Part shown: positions 43,380 to 51,583 of the stretch, one piece after another
How positions within the stretch are numbered: position 1 is the first letter of the stretch
Layout: every line of letters begins with the position of its first letter
From: a virus
Length of the DNA stretch: 64,000 bases
IMG/VR virus record: IMGVR_UViG_3300044705_000115
Span: 1-64,000 of that record
Direction: 5' to 3' (one strand)
The notes under the pieces: generated by a model
Told to the model about the DNA's origin: nothing
Database searches by the model: none
What the model saw: only the letters and a program-made list of their open reading frames with translations
Made by a program: the position numbers and the translations under genes

Positions 43380-43672
43380 TGCGCCTCCACCCAGAGCGCG
43401 ATGTCATCAGACCTGAGCTCGAATGCACCGCCGAACTCGAGCGGCTCGATGATGTCGGCCTTGAATGCCTGGTAGTCCACGGGCAGCTCGTCGTCTCCCG
43501 AGAGGCCGAAGTGGTCGAGCAGTATGCAGCGGGCGAGGTCCGAAGGGCCCGATCCGCCGTAGCCCCAGGAGAACCCGGTTGGGCTGTGGCGGACGAAGTG
43601 CTGCAGGTTCTCGACATGGCCGGGGGTTTCAACGACGACATGATGCGGCGGCTCGCCGCGGTAGAGCTTCAC
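43376..43672 (-). CDS. DUF6166-like protein
   Basis: RHSPTGFSWGYGGSGPSDLA..YQAFK. Confidence 0.85.
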   Translation of the reverse strand: MKLYRGEPPHHVVVETPGHVENLQHFVRHSPTGFSWGYGGSGPSDLARCILLDHFGLSGDDELPVDYQAFKADIIEPLEFGGAFELRSDDIALWVEAQ

Positions 43673-44139
43673 GACGCCCTCAGGACGGTCTCGAACTTCC
43701 AGCAGCCGCCGGTCCATCGAGAGGACGCCGTGTGGATGCGCCCATATGGAAGGCGCCCATGCAGCTCTTGAAACTCCAGCTCCGGCGGATGGAAGTCGCC
43801 GAAATCGAAGAGGTGGATGATCGTCCCCATCGGCAAGCCGTAGCGCTCGGTCTCGAAGCGGCTGCGGACGCTGTCGCCCACGGCCAGCGGGCGTCCGACC
43901 CCATCGACCACCGGCACGCTGTCTTGCCAGCGGGCCAAGGGAAACTCCCGCCCTCTCCACATCCGCGCCGAGTCGAGCAGGTCGTCGCCAGTCTTGAACT
44001 CCTGCGCGTACTCCTCGATCAGCGCGATCCGTTCGTTGCCGTCCTGTCGGCGCCCGCGCCGCTTCATCGCCACGGCGGCGTCCAGCGCCTCCACCATGAA
44101 GGCGACTTCCTCGTCTCTGGTCGGTGCTGCGGGCTTCAC
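43669..44139 (-). CDS. hypothetical protein
   Basis: Coupled ORF. Confidence 0.6.
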   Translation of the reverse strand: MKPAAPTRDEEVAFMVEALDAAVAMKRRGRRQDGNERIALIEEYAQEFKTGDDLLDSARMWRGREFPLARWQDSVPVVDGVGRPLAVGDSVRSRFETERYGLPMGTIIHLFDFGDFHPPELEFQELHGRLPYGRIHTASSRWTGGCWKFETVLRAS

Positions 44140-44291
44140 TCGCTCCCCCTCTCCGGGATGTAGAACCCAAGCAGGCCCTCTTTGTGGCTGAACCCGATCA
44201 CGACCGGTTTCGGTATCTGCCGCGCCGGCTCGGCCCCCTCGTTCTCCTCGGCCTCCGGCTTCTCTGCCTCGCTCACATCGTCGCTAGCCAT
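44136..44291 (-). CDS. small hypothetical protein (51 aa, not in track)
   Basis: MASDDVSEAEKPEAEENEG...; GTGA coupling. Confidence 0.45.
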   Translation of the reverse strand: MASDDVSEAEKPEAEENEGAEPARQIPKPVVIGFSHKEGLLGFYIPERGSE

Positions 44292-44430
44292 CGGTCTCTC
44301 GTCTCCTCCCACATCGACGGTTCGTCGTGTTCCTCTGCCCAGTGCAGCAGATAGCTGTACCGGAAGTCCTCGGCCATCAGCAGTTGCAGCGCCAGCAGGT
44401 TCAGGAAGTGCCGACGCAGTCCGCTGTCCA

Positions 44431-44805
44431 TCAGGACAGCAGGTCTATCGACGGCTTCCAGTAGGGCTCGACCTTCGCCCAGAACGCTTCGATCACTTCC
44501 ATCCGCCGGCGGTATTCGCGTACGCGCAGGGACTCGAAATCATCGGGCCAGGTGCCGATTGGCTCGTTGCGGGCGTTGACCAGCCGGTCGCCGATCCACT
44601 GGACGCCAGGCAGGTAGCCGGGGGCGCCGAGCATCGGGCGCTTCTGGATGCTCGTGAAGGCGGCCTCGGGGTCGATGACCACGCCCTCGTTCTCCAGCGT
44701 CACGCCGCCATCGTCGTCTACGGACTCCGGCGCGGCGTCTTCCCGCTGCTGGCGGCGCTCTGCGGCCTTCTGGCGGCGTTCCTCCCTGCGCCTCGCCTTC
44801 CCCAT
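44431..44805 (-). CDS. hypothetical protein
   Basis: MGKARRR start; ORF track. Confidence 0.6.
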   Translation of the reverse strand: MGKARRREERRQKAAERRQQREDAAPESVDDDGGVTLENEGVVIDPEAAFTSIQKRPMLGAPGYLPGVQWIGDRLVNARNEPIGTWPDDFESLRVREYRRRMEVIEAFWAKVEPYWKPSIDLLS

Positions 44806-44949
44806 CTAAACCACCGCCCCTGCGAGAGCGATCACGCCCAACACGGCCGCCACGGCGGCCATGACGAGGAAGACGCTCACGACCAGCATCACCACGATCA
44901 GGGAGACGAACAGCATCGTGAACATCGCTTCTTCCATCCGGTCGGCCAT
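44806..44949 (-). CDS. small membrane protein (47 aa, not in track)
   Basis: MADRMEEAMFTMLFVSLIVVMLVSVFLV... Confidence 0.55.
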   Translation of the reverse strand: MADRMEEAMFTMLFVSLIVVMLVVSVFLVMAAVAAVLGVIALAGAVV

Positions 44950-45104
44950 CAGGGCGCCTCCCAACGGCCCTGCCGCTCGTTCCAGACCCAGCCCCAGCGC
45001 TTCATCTCGACATGCTTGGGGTCGTCACAGCGACAGGTGCCGTCCTCGCGGAAGTGCTGCGGCGCGAGGATCCCGAGCGGGCAGGTTGAGAGCCGCACCC
45101 TCAT
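44949..45104 (-). CDS. small hypothetical protein
   Basis: CP..I..PQHFREDGTCRCDD..H. Confidence 0.6.
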   Translation of the reverse strand: MRVRLSTCPLGILAPQHFREDGTCRCDDPKHVEMKRWGWVWNERQGRWEAP

Positions 45105-45292
45105 CGCCGTGGCCCCAGCGCTTCTAGGCAGTCGATCTTCAGCGTTTCCTTGCTCAGCCCCCGCTGCTTGCCTTCGATGACCAGCGTGGCGCTGCCGCAT
45201 TCAAAGGTCGTGCGGTTGTCGTTTTCGACGATCAGGAACATGGCTAAGACCACGACGACCATCACGAGCGCGGCGAAGACTGCGGCGCCCAT
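45101..45292 (-). CDS. small membrane-anchored protein
   Basis: MGAAVFAALVMVVVVLAMFL. Confidence 0.55.
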   Translation of the reverse strand: MGAAVFAALVMVVVVLAMFLIVENDNRTTFECGSATLVIEGKQRGLSKETLKIDCLEALGPRR

Positions 45293-45492
45293 CAGACCGC
45301 CGCCGCGACGATGATGGCCGCCCCGATGATCGCCACGCCGATGATCACCGCGAAGAGAACCAGCCCGCGAAAGATCGCGTTGCCGATGACATGGAAGTTC
45401 TGCTCGTAGTGGTTCCCGTTGCCGCTGAGATTGACATGGAAGGCTCTCGCTGGCTGCTCGATCTGAACGCGCTGCGGCTCGTTCGCCGCCAT
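45292..45492 (-). CDS. small membrane protein
   Basis: C-terminal TM helix. Confidence 0.6.
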   Translation of the reverse strand: MAANEPQRVQIEQPARAFHVNLSGNGNHYEQNFHVIGNAIFRGLVLFAVIIGVAIIGAAIIVAAAV

Positions 45493-45725
45493 CAGCCCGC
45501 ACCTGCCGGGAAGCGCCAGGTTCCGCCCGGCACGCCGGAGGCGTCTTCCTCGGCCATGTGGGGGTAGCGCTTGACGCCGCGCACCCTTTTGACCGGTTCG
45601 TCGCCGTCGCCGACGCCGAACACCGAGAGCGTCACGATCTGATCTTCGGCGTTCTCGACGGCAGTGACGATAGCCGCGAGGTCGCGGCCGTTCTCGGTGC
45701 GGTAGATGACCGCCTGGGCCAGCAT
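45492..45725 (-). CDS. conserved phage hypothetical protein
   Basis: V.Y...AAIVTAV..V.L.VF..GTWRFP. Confidence 0.75.
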   Translation of the reverse strand: MLAQAVIYRTENGRDLAAIVTAVENAEDQIVTLSVFGVGDGDEPVKRVRGVKRYPHMAEEDASGVPGGTWRFPAGAG

Positions 45726-45769
45726 CAGGCGTGCCTCTGGAACTTCACCTTTTCGCTCAACGCGAAATC

Positions 45770-45795
45770 CTCCTTGGTCGGGTGCGAGCAGGCTA
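45770..45795 (-). promoter_or_regulatory. -10 (TAGCCT) + CCGACCAAGGAG leader motif
   Basis: Exact motif 45770-45781. Confidence 0.7.
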
Positions 45796-45801
45796 CCGGA
45801 T

Positions 45802-46308
45802 TCAGAGACCCCTGCGGCGCATCTCCCGCGCCGGCGGCCAGCGCATCCCGTTACTTGCGGTCTTACTGCCCTTCAGCACGTTGCAGCGCTTGCACATCGT
45901 CTGCAGGTTGTCGTCCTTGGAGGAGCCGCCGCGGGAGACGGGGATGATGTGGTCGAGCGTCAGCTCGCGCTTGTCGTTTTCGCCGCAGCGCACGCACTCG
46001 TAGCCGTCGCGCTTGTAGATGCGCTCGCGCTTGGCCTTGCTGATCTTGCCCCGGCGCCCGCGCTTCTTGCCTTCGGCCTTGGCGAGGGCTCGCTTCTGGG
46101 CGCGGCTGTATGGGCGCTTGGTCTTGGCGCCCTGATCCCCGACTCCGGCGCCCGGCGACGGCGGCTCGGCCACATCCGGGCCGATGCGCCGCCAGCCTTT
46201 GTCGCGGTCCTTGGTGACCTTGACCAGCAGGGTTCGGCAGAAGTCGCACTCCGTCGGCGGAAGCTTGGAATCGAAGATCGTGCCGCAGTACCGGTGTTCC
46301 CAGCCCAT
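45802..46308 (-). CDS. HNH endonuclease
   Basis: IYKRDGYECVRCG..LTLDHIIPVSRGG...NLQTMCKRCN. Confidence 0.92.
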   Translation of the reverse strand: MGWEHRYCGTIFDSKLPPTECDFCRTLLVKVTKDRDKGWRRIGPDVAEPPSPGAGVGDQGAKTKRPYSRAQKRALAKAEGKKRGRRGKISKAKRERIYKRDGYECVRCGENDKRELTLDHIIPVSRGGSSKDDNLQTMCKRCNVLKGSKTASNGMRWPPAREMRRRGL

Positions 46309-46432
46309 CGCCTGATCAAATCAAGCCGCCCGGCCTCTGGGATGAGAAGACCGGGCGGCGGGGGACTGCATCAGGGAGGAGAGTTACCTCTATGTGGCTA
46401 CGGTCACCGCAGCAGGGCAAACCTTAGACCGC

Positions 46433-47146
46433 CTAGCGGTCGGTGACTAGGCCCACTTCGCCTTCCTCGCGCAGGAGCCGATCAACGGTCTCCAGCGGCA
46501 TGTGGACGATGTGGGGGTAGGCGCGACCCCACGAGTTGAGGATCGGCAGCAGTTCGGAGTCGTCGGGGATCCCCACGACCGCCTTGACTTCCTCGGCGCT
46601 GGTCGCCCAGCGGTAGGCGGCGATGCCCTCGCGCAGGTAGGGGCCGTAGTCCTTGCCCGCCCTCAAGGTGACATGGCCCTTGTCGAGCAGGATGCTGAGC
46701 GCGGCGCGGACGGTCGAGCCTTCGCCCGGCGGCGTGTCCGGGAATTCGTCGGCGAGCTGGGCTTCGCGGTAGAGCCAGAGCGCGTCGTAGCGCTTGCGGT
46801 TGAGCAGGGACATCATCCGGCTCGCGCCGAAGCCCGTGCAGGCACCTTCGCGCCCCTGGTCGTAGAAGTCCCACCAGGCGACGGGATCGCCGAGCGCTGG
46901 CGGCTTGGCCGCGAAGCAGTGCCCGCCGCGGACGGTGCCGAGATGATCGACATCGCGGCCGATCAGGTAGATGTAGGCGCCGCTGGCGCTGCGGACTTTG
47001 ACCGGCGTGTCGAAGTCCGTGTACCAGTTGGAGCCGATCACGATCGGCGAGTTGACGGGCTGTTCGGCGGCGCGGAGGGCGCGGAGGGGGTACTTCTCTA
47101 CGTGGGCGAAGTCGGCTGGGATGCGGCGTCCGAGCGGCCCTTGCAT
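46433..47146 (-). CDS. papain-like (C1) cysteine protease with rearranged motif order
   Basis: DQGREGACTGF (catalytic Cys), GGHC, NSWG; leaderless ATG 7 nt after TAGAAT. Confidence 0.8.
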   Translation of the reverse strand: MQGPLGRRIPADFAHVEKYPLRALRAAEQPVNSPIVIGSNWYTDFDTPVKVRSASGAYIYLIGRDVDHLGTVRGGHCFAAKPPALGDPVAWWDFYDQGREGACTGFGASRMMSLLNRKRYDALWLYREAQLADEFPDTPPGEGSTVRAALSILLDKGHVTLRAGKDYGPYLREGIAAYRWATSAEEVKAVVGIPDDSELLPILNSWGRAYPHIVHMPLETVDRLLREEGEVGLVTDR

Positions 47147-47304
47147 GGCTCGGATTCTAGGTTCTCCGCAGCAACGAGCCGGTCTAAATCTTTCCTAAGC
47201 CGCCGAATGCGGTCGTTGTACAGCACCTTGTTCTGCTGCAGAACCCGTCGCCGCCCGCGTTCGGCAAGGTCGAGTTCGGCTTCCACTATCTCGCGGTCGG
47301 TCAT
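47098..47304 (-). CDS. hypothetical protein
   Basis: ORF track. Confidence 0.5.
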   Translation of the reverse strand: MTDREIVEAELDLAERGRRRVLQQNKVLYNDRIRRLRKDLDRLVAAENLESEPCKGRSDAASQPTSPT

Positions 47305-47305
47305 G

Positions 47306-47650
47306 TCAGTAAGCGCTGAGGAGGATGTCGAGCCAACGCAGCATGTGCTGGCGCTGAGCGGAGTCCTTGATCACGCGGCCCGAGCCGCGAGCGAGCCGGA
47401 ACAGCAGGCCAGCGGCGATGACAGCGACGGGATCGTGGATAGGCTCGGCTGGCCGCTCCGGCGCTAGGCGTAGCTCAAGGGGACCGACCTGAACCAGCGG
47501 GCCGCTCGCATACTCGTGGCCCTCGTCTCCCCAGCGGGCCACGATGGTCGGTGGCACCCCTCCGCCGCCTTGGTCGCAGGTGTAGATGTCGTGGCCGACG
47601 AGCTGGCCCCTGAACCTGCAGCGCTCGCAGTCGTGCTGGAACTCGGGCAT
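47306..47650 (-). CDS. hypothetical protein
   Basis: HDCERC..G..DIY.C...TIVARWG.EG.EYASG. Confidence 0.7.
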   Translation of the reverse strand: MPEFQHDCERCRFRGQLVGHDIYTCDQGGGGVPPTIVARWGDEGHEYASGPLVQVGPLELRLAPERPAEPIHDPVAVIAAGLLFRLARGSGRVIKDSAQRQHMLRWLDILLSAY

Positions 47651-47828
47651 CAGCGGTCCCACCAGAAGGAGAACGGCAGCACGACGACGGCGGCGATGAT
47701 GATCCACTGCGTCAAGGACAGCGTCGTGCCGATCACGATTTCGACAGCCGTCGCCGCGATCACGATCAGCAGCAAGGAGATAACCGTTCCGAGCCACCAG
47801 CGCGGCTCCCCGATAACGCCCAGCGGGT

Positions 47829-48038
47829 TCAAAGCACGAACTCCTCCAGGGTCGCCGTCACATGGGCCATCTTCTCGGCGACATCGATCGCGGAGCGCGG
47901 GCCGTGAACCCGCATGTGTTGGCGAGTCGCGTCGGTCATCTGCCGTTTCGCCTCCTCCGTGCCGACTTCCTCTTGCCAGTCGGAGTAGGCGAAGGGGTCG
48001 TCCAGCAGGCTCAGCGGGAACTCCTCGAAGGTACTCAT
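47829..48038 (-). CDS. hypothetical protein
   Basis: ATGA coupling. Confidence 0.55.
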   Translation of the reverse strand: MSTFEEFPLSLLDDPFAYSDWQEEVGTEEAKRQMTDATRQHMRVHGPRSAIDVAEKMAHVTATLEEFVL

Positions 48039-48319
48039 GCATTCGTCCTTTCCAGTAGGCCGCGTATCTCGGTCGCAGCGTTTACTTCGCCCTCGGCCCG
48101 GGCGATGTCGTTGGGCAGACCCTCCTTGGTGGCTGGGCCACGATCTTTCTCGATTCGGCGGCATTCGGCAAGCGCAGCGGATATTGCGTCCTCGCGGTCT
48201 TTGACCTGGCCCCGCGACATCGCCAGCAGACAAGCTAGGAAGTCGGTCTCCTCGTCCACGGTGAAGAGTTTGGGGATGCCCTTCCGCTCGAGCAGGCGGT
48301 TGATCCACGATCTGATCAT
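48035..48319 (-). CDS. hypothetical protein
   Basis: ORF track. Confidence 0.55.
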   Translation of the reverse strand: MIRSWINRLLERKGIPKLFTVDEETDFLACLLAMSRGQVKDREDAISAALAECRRIEKDRGPATKEGLPNDIARAEGEVNAATEIRGLLERTNA

Positions 48320-48329
48320 GGCTCTGCCT

Positions 48330-48716
48330 TCAATCCCACAGGTGGCCGTACCACTCGTTGAACAAGGCTCTGGCCTCGCCGATCACTTCCGTCTTCTCCC
48401 GCGCCTCAGCCGTGTCCTCCAGCGGGTAGCCGCCCTCCTCGGCATAGAGCGAAAAGCCAGCGACGATCTTGTCGAGGATCGCGCCCCAAGCGGCGAGCGC
48501 GTCGGCATCGCTGTCGGTGGCCTCTGACAACTGCATGGGCCAGCCGTGCAGGTTGTCCCTGATCTCCTGCACGCCGCCGGCGATGACGCAGGCGAGGTAG
48601 CCGTCGAAGTCGTAGGTGTCCTCGGTCGAGTAGCCGCGCCGTGCCCGCTGCGCCCAGTTCGTCAACCAGCGACGCGGCGAGTACTCGGAGGCGAGCCGCT
48701 GGATCCGGCGGATCAT
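48330..48716 (-). CDS. conserved phage hypothetical protein
   Basis: QRARRGYS..D...D.YLA..I..HGWP...W..IL.KI..GF...LF.EWY.HLWD. Confidence 0.8.
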   Translation of the reverse strand: MIRRIQRLASEYSPRRWLTNWAQRARRGYSTEDTYDFDGYLACVIAGGVQEIRDNLHGWPMQLSEATDSDADALAAWGAILDKIVAGFSLYAEEGGYPLEDTAEAREKTEVIGEARALFNEWYGHLWD

Positions 48717-48904
48717 GCCTTCTCCCCGAAGCGCCGCCCGTACTCCAAGACGACGATGACGCGCTGCCAATGCCAGTGCCAGTCTTCCTCCTCGAAGCGG
48801 CGACGAAGCTCCTCGTCTGAGGAGTCCGCGATCAGCTTCCTCCATGCATCGCGTTCTTCGCCTTCGCGGTAGGAGCGCTCGTTGCTGGCTTCCGGCCAGT
48901 TCAT
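48713..48904 (-). CDS. hypothetical protein
   Basis: ATGA coupling. Confidence 0.55.
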   Translation of the reverse strand: MNWPEASNERSYREGEERDAWRKLIADSSDEELRRRFEEEDWHWHWQRVIVVLEYGRRFGEKA

Positions 48905-49095
48905 CCCATCGTCGCCTGACAGTGCGGGCAGCGGCAGGACATGCCGGGTCGCAGGTCGCCGCAGTTCTGGCAGTGGGTGATCATCTTGGCGCTCGGCGGG
49001 TTCTTGTGGCCGCAGTGGCAAGTCCACGCGCTCGGGTCGTACTTGCCCTGCACCGTGGCTTTCTCGCTCATCAACTGCGTCAGCGGGTTCTCCAT
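48901..49095 (-). CDS. small Zn-finger protein
   Basis: WTCHCGHKN...CQNCG. Confidence 0.6.
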   Translation of the reverse strand: MENPLTQLMSEKATVQGKYDPSAWTCHCGHKNPPSAKMITHCQNCGDLRPGMSCRCPHCQATMG

Positions 49096-49439
49096 CGTTC
49101 CTCCTCGGGCTTGAACTGCCAGTTGTCGATCCGGCCGAACCACGAGGCCAGCATGTAGCCAGCGGCCGCGACCTTGTACTCGTGCGAGAAGGCGAAGCAG
49201 CCGATGGTCGTCTGAACGGCTTTGAAGGCGTCTTCGGCGACGATGCCCTCGTAGGGGTAGAACTCGACGCCTTTGGGCAGGCCGTTGCGGAACCACGATT
49301 CGACGATCTCCGTCCACTCGTTGCCGTCCCAGAACTCCTTCGGGATGTCCTCCTCCGCAGGCGCCCACTCGGTCGCTCGCGCGGGGAAGGCTACATCGAC
49401 TTTGGTGATGTCGCTGGGCGGTGGCCCTAGCTCAGCCAT
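49080..49439 (-). CDS. conserved phage hypothetical protein
   Basis: VDVAFP...P..EDIPKEF..N.W..IV..WF..G...HE.K.A..GY. Confidence 0.75.
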   Translation of the reverse strand: MAELGPPPSDITKVDVAFPARATEWAPAEEDIPKEFWDGNEWTEIVESWFRNGLPKGVEFYPYEGIVAEDAFKAVQTTIGCFAFSHEYKVAAAGYMLASWFGRIDNWQFKPEEERWRTR

Positions 49440-49770
49440 CGCTTTTATCCTTCGCTGCGGCTAAGGCTTCAAGCCAGCGCGTTATCAGTGCTTCGGCCTC
49501 TTCGTGATCGAAGTCGATTGCCTCGCCTGGGTCGTCGGCTTCCCGCTCTAGCACTGCCGAGAACAACTCGAAGAGCATCAGCGCAGAAAGCGGCTGACGA
49601 AGCCCTGCCTCCCACTCCTCCCGGAGGGCTGAGACCTCGGCTACTTCAACTTTCTCCCCCAGCTTGAAATGCACATCGGGAGTTGCGGGACGAACCTCGA
49701 CGGGGCCTCCCTGCGGCGGACCGACCAGCATCCAGCGCCGTGCCTTGCTCATTGTCTTGACCTCATCCAC
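49432..49770 (-). CDS. hypothetical protein
   Basis: Coupled ORF; more A/T-ending codons than neighbours. Confidence 0.55.
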   Translation of the reverse strand: MDEVKTMSKARRWMLVGPPQGGPVEVRPATPDVHFKLGEKVEVAEVSALREEWEAGLRQPLSALMLFELFSAVLEREADDPGEAIDFDHEEAEALITRWLEALAAAKDKSDG

Positions 49771-50125
49771 CCAGTACTCCCTTCAGCATCGGTTCGAGCC
49801 GCAGCGCCTCGTCGCGGTCGATCACGAGCATGGTGATGGTGCGCGGGTCGTCGGGGTTAGCGTGGATCCGCTGCCACTCGAACTGGTCGTAGATGACCAT
49901 CGCCGCATCGAAGTTCTGGGTCTGGAACACATCGTTTGCGCGACCGCCGCCGATGATCGACCCGATCTTCTGGCCCTCCCGGTTCTCGGCGACAGCGACC
50001 AGCACCTTGCCCTCCGGCACATCGGCCAGCGAGGCCCCGGTGAAGTCCTCAGCGCCGTGGTCGTTGCGCAGGCGAGCCGCCTTGCCGATGCTCAGGCGGT
50101 CGGGCCAGTCGAGGTAGACGCCCAT
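49763..50125 (-). CDS. hypothetical protein
   Basis: Coupled ORF. Confidence 0.65.
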   Translation of the reverse strand: MGVYLDWPDRLSIGKAARLRNDHGAEDFTGASLADVPEGKVLVAVAENREGQKIGSIIGGGRANDVFQTQNFDAAMVIYDQFEWQRIHANPDDPRTITMLVIDRDEALRLEPMLKGVLGG

Positions 50126-50364
50126 CAGCTTCTCCCCGTAGGCGGCGTAGGGAACCAGCTTGCAGCGCGGGTCGCTGTCGCGTGGACATTGCGCATCGTC
50201 AGCATCGCAGCCTTCTGGCCCACGACGGTACTCTCCAACGCCCTGATGTAGGCGTCGATCTGCTCGCCCGTCGCTGGCTCGTCACCCGGTGGCCAGCCCG
50301 CTTCCTCGCGGATGCGCGGCAGCGTTTCTTCCTGTGCCTGCTGCAGCGTGTCGCGGAAGGCCAT
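50125..50364 (-). CDS. hypothetical protein
   Basis: TGATG coupling. Confidence 0.55.
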   Translation of the reverse strand: MAFRDTLQQAQEETLPRIREEAGWPPGDEPATGEQIDAYIRALESTVVGQKAAMLTMRNVHATATRAASWFPTPPTGRS

Positions 50365-50549
50365 CAGTCCGCCGCCAGCAGGTCGTACCAGTTGCCCTCG
50401 GCGTCCTTCTCGAACCCAGCGTCCCGTAGCCGCTGCTCGATTACCTCGGGGTGGTTGGCTTCTAGGTGGGCTTTCTGGCCCGGCAGGTCGGCGGTCGGCA
50501 GCTTGAAGCCGCAAACCGGACAGGCGATGTTCTCTTCGTCGTCGGGCAT
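50364..50549 (-). CDS. C2H2-type small Zn-finger protein
   Basis: CPVCG...HLEANH; RBS in leader-motif variant. Confidence 0.65.
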   Translation of the reverse strand: MPDDEENIACPVCGFKLPTADLPGQKAHLEANHPEVIEQRLRDAGFEKDAEGNWYDLLAAD

Positions 50550-50558
50550 CGAATCCTC

Positions 50559-50584
50559 CTCCTCGGTCGGGTCGGCCAAGGTTA
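50559..50584 (-). promoter_or_regulatory. -10 (TAACCT) + CCGACCGAGGAG leader variant
   Basis: One mismatch to the motif. Confidence 0.6.
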
Positions 50585-50639
50585 CCGCCCGAAACCGGCA
50601 GCGAGGGCGCTGAATGGCCCTCGCTCCGGCTTCGGTCAC

Positions 50640-51002
50640 CTAGGCGTGCGTCAGGGTGTTGAGCGCGAACGCCTTCCAGTCGAGGCAGGCGTCGAGGTTG
50701 ATGCCGTCGAGCAGACCGTTGAGGTCGTCGATCGCCTTCGGGTCGGGCTTGCCGTTGACCGGCGGCTTGTAGCTGTCGCAGTTGAACGAGACTGCGCAGA
50801 CCGGTTGTCCTTTGTCGTCGGTCTCGATCTCCCCGACGACGATCCGCTCGTCGAGGTTCAGCGTGTCGATCCGGCGCTGCAGGTCCTTGATCGCCTCCGG
50901 GCCGGCGCCCAGGTAGCTGAGGGTGGTGACCAGCCGCGTCGTCGCGTCGTGGTCGAGTTCCTTGGTCATGCCTTCTCCTTCGTTGTGCGCCCAGCCCGAC
51001 AT
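50640..51002 (-). CDS. hypothetical protein
   Basis: Follows an extended promoter; may start at ATG 50969. Confidence 0.65.
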   Translation of the reverse strand: MSGWAHNEGEGMTKELDHDATTRLVTTLSYLGAGPEAIKDLQRRIDTLNLDERIVVGEIETDDKGQPVCAVSFNCDSYKPPVNGKPDPKAIDDLNGLLDGINLDACLDWKAFALNTLTHA

Positions 51003-51021
51003 GCCACGGGGGGCGGGCGTT

Positions 51022-51072
51022 TCCTTGGTCGGGATGCCAACGAAGTTATCAGTCCTTCAGCAGCCCTCGCAA
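51022..51072 (-). promoter_or_regulatory. promoter TTGCGA-N18-TAACTT + CGTTGGCATCCCGACCAAGGA leader
   Basis: Fourth extended copy. Confidence 0.75.
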
Positions 51073-51545
51073 GGCTCGGCCAGCGATGGCAGGGAGCGCC
51101 ACCAGCGCAGATGGACATCGGGGACGGACGTATAGCCCCAGAAGGTTCCCGTCTCGGTCGGGATCGCCGGAACCATGAAGCCGATCTGGTCGGTGCGAGC
51201 GAAGTAGCCGGGGATCATCCCGTCATCGTCGATCCCCATCACATCCTTGCTTTCGCGCTCGCCGGCGCAGCGGGCGCACAGAAGAGTCTGCTCATCGGCG
51301 AAGGTCTGGAACTCGCGCCAGAGCTTCACCCCCTCCTCTCCGCATCCCTCGCAGGCGTAGGGAATCCGCCTCTTGGAGCCCGTGCCGCCGCACCCGCCAC
51401 AGGTGACGAAGCCAGCTCGCTGCCCGCTGACGCTGATCATCAGCGTGCCGTAGCCCTCGCATCCAGGGCATTGCTCGTCGCCGTCGAGTTGGCGCTGCCG
51501 AGCCAGCTCATCGGCCTTCCATTTGATCTCCGGTGGGATCGACAT
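51057..51545 (-). CDS. Zn-finger hypothetical protein
   Basis: CxxCxGxG pairs; GVKLWREFQTF..LLC..DQIG..VPAIP..FWGYTSVP..WW..LP. Confidence 0.8.
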   Translation of the reverse strand: MSIPPEIKWKADELARQRQLDGDEQCPGCEGYGTLMISVSGQRAGFVTCGGCGGTGSKRRIPYACEGCGEEGVKLWREFQTFADEQTLLCARCAGERESKDVMGIDDDGMIPGYFARTDQIGFMVPAIPTETGTFWGYTSVPDVHLRWWRSLPSLAEPCEGC

Positions 51546-51550
51546 CGCTC

Positions 51551-51575
51551 CTCCTTGGTCGGGAAGGCGAGCCTA
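51551..51575 (-). promoter_or_regulatory. -10 (TAGGCT) + CCGACCAAGGAG leader motif
   Basis: Exact motif 51551-51562. Confidence 0.7.
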
Positions 51576-51583
51576 GAAGATGA

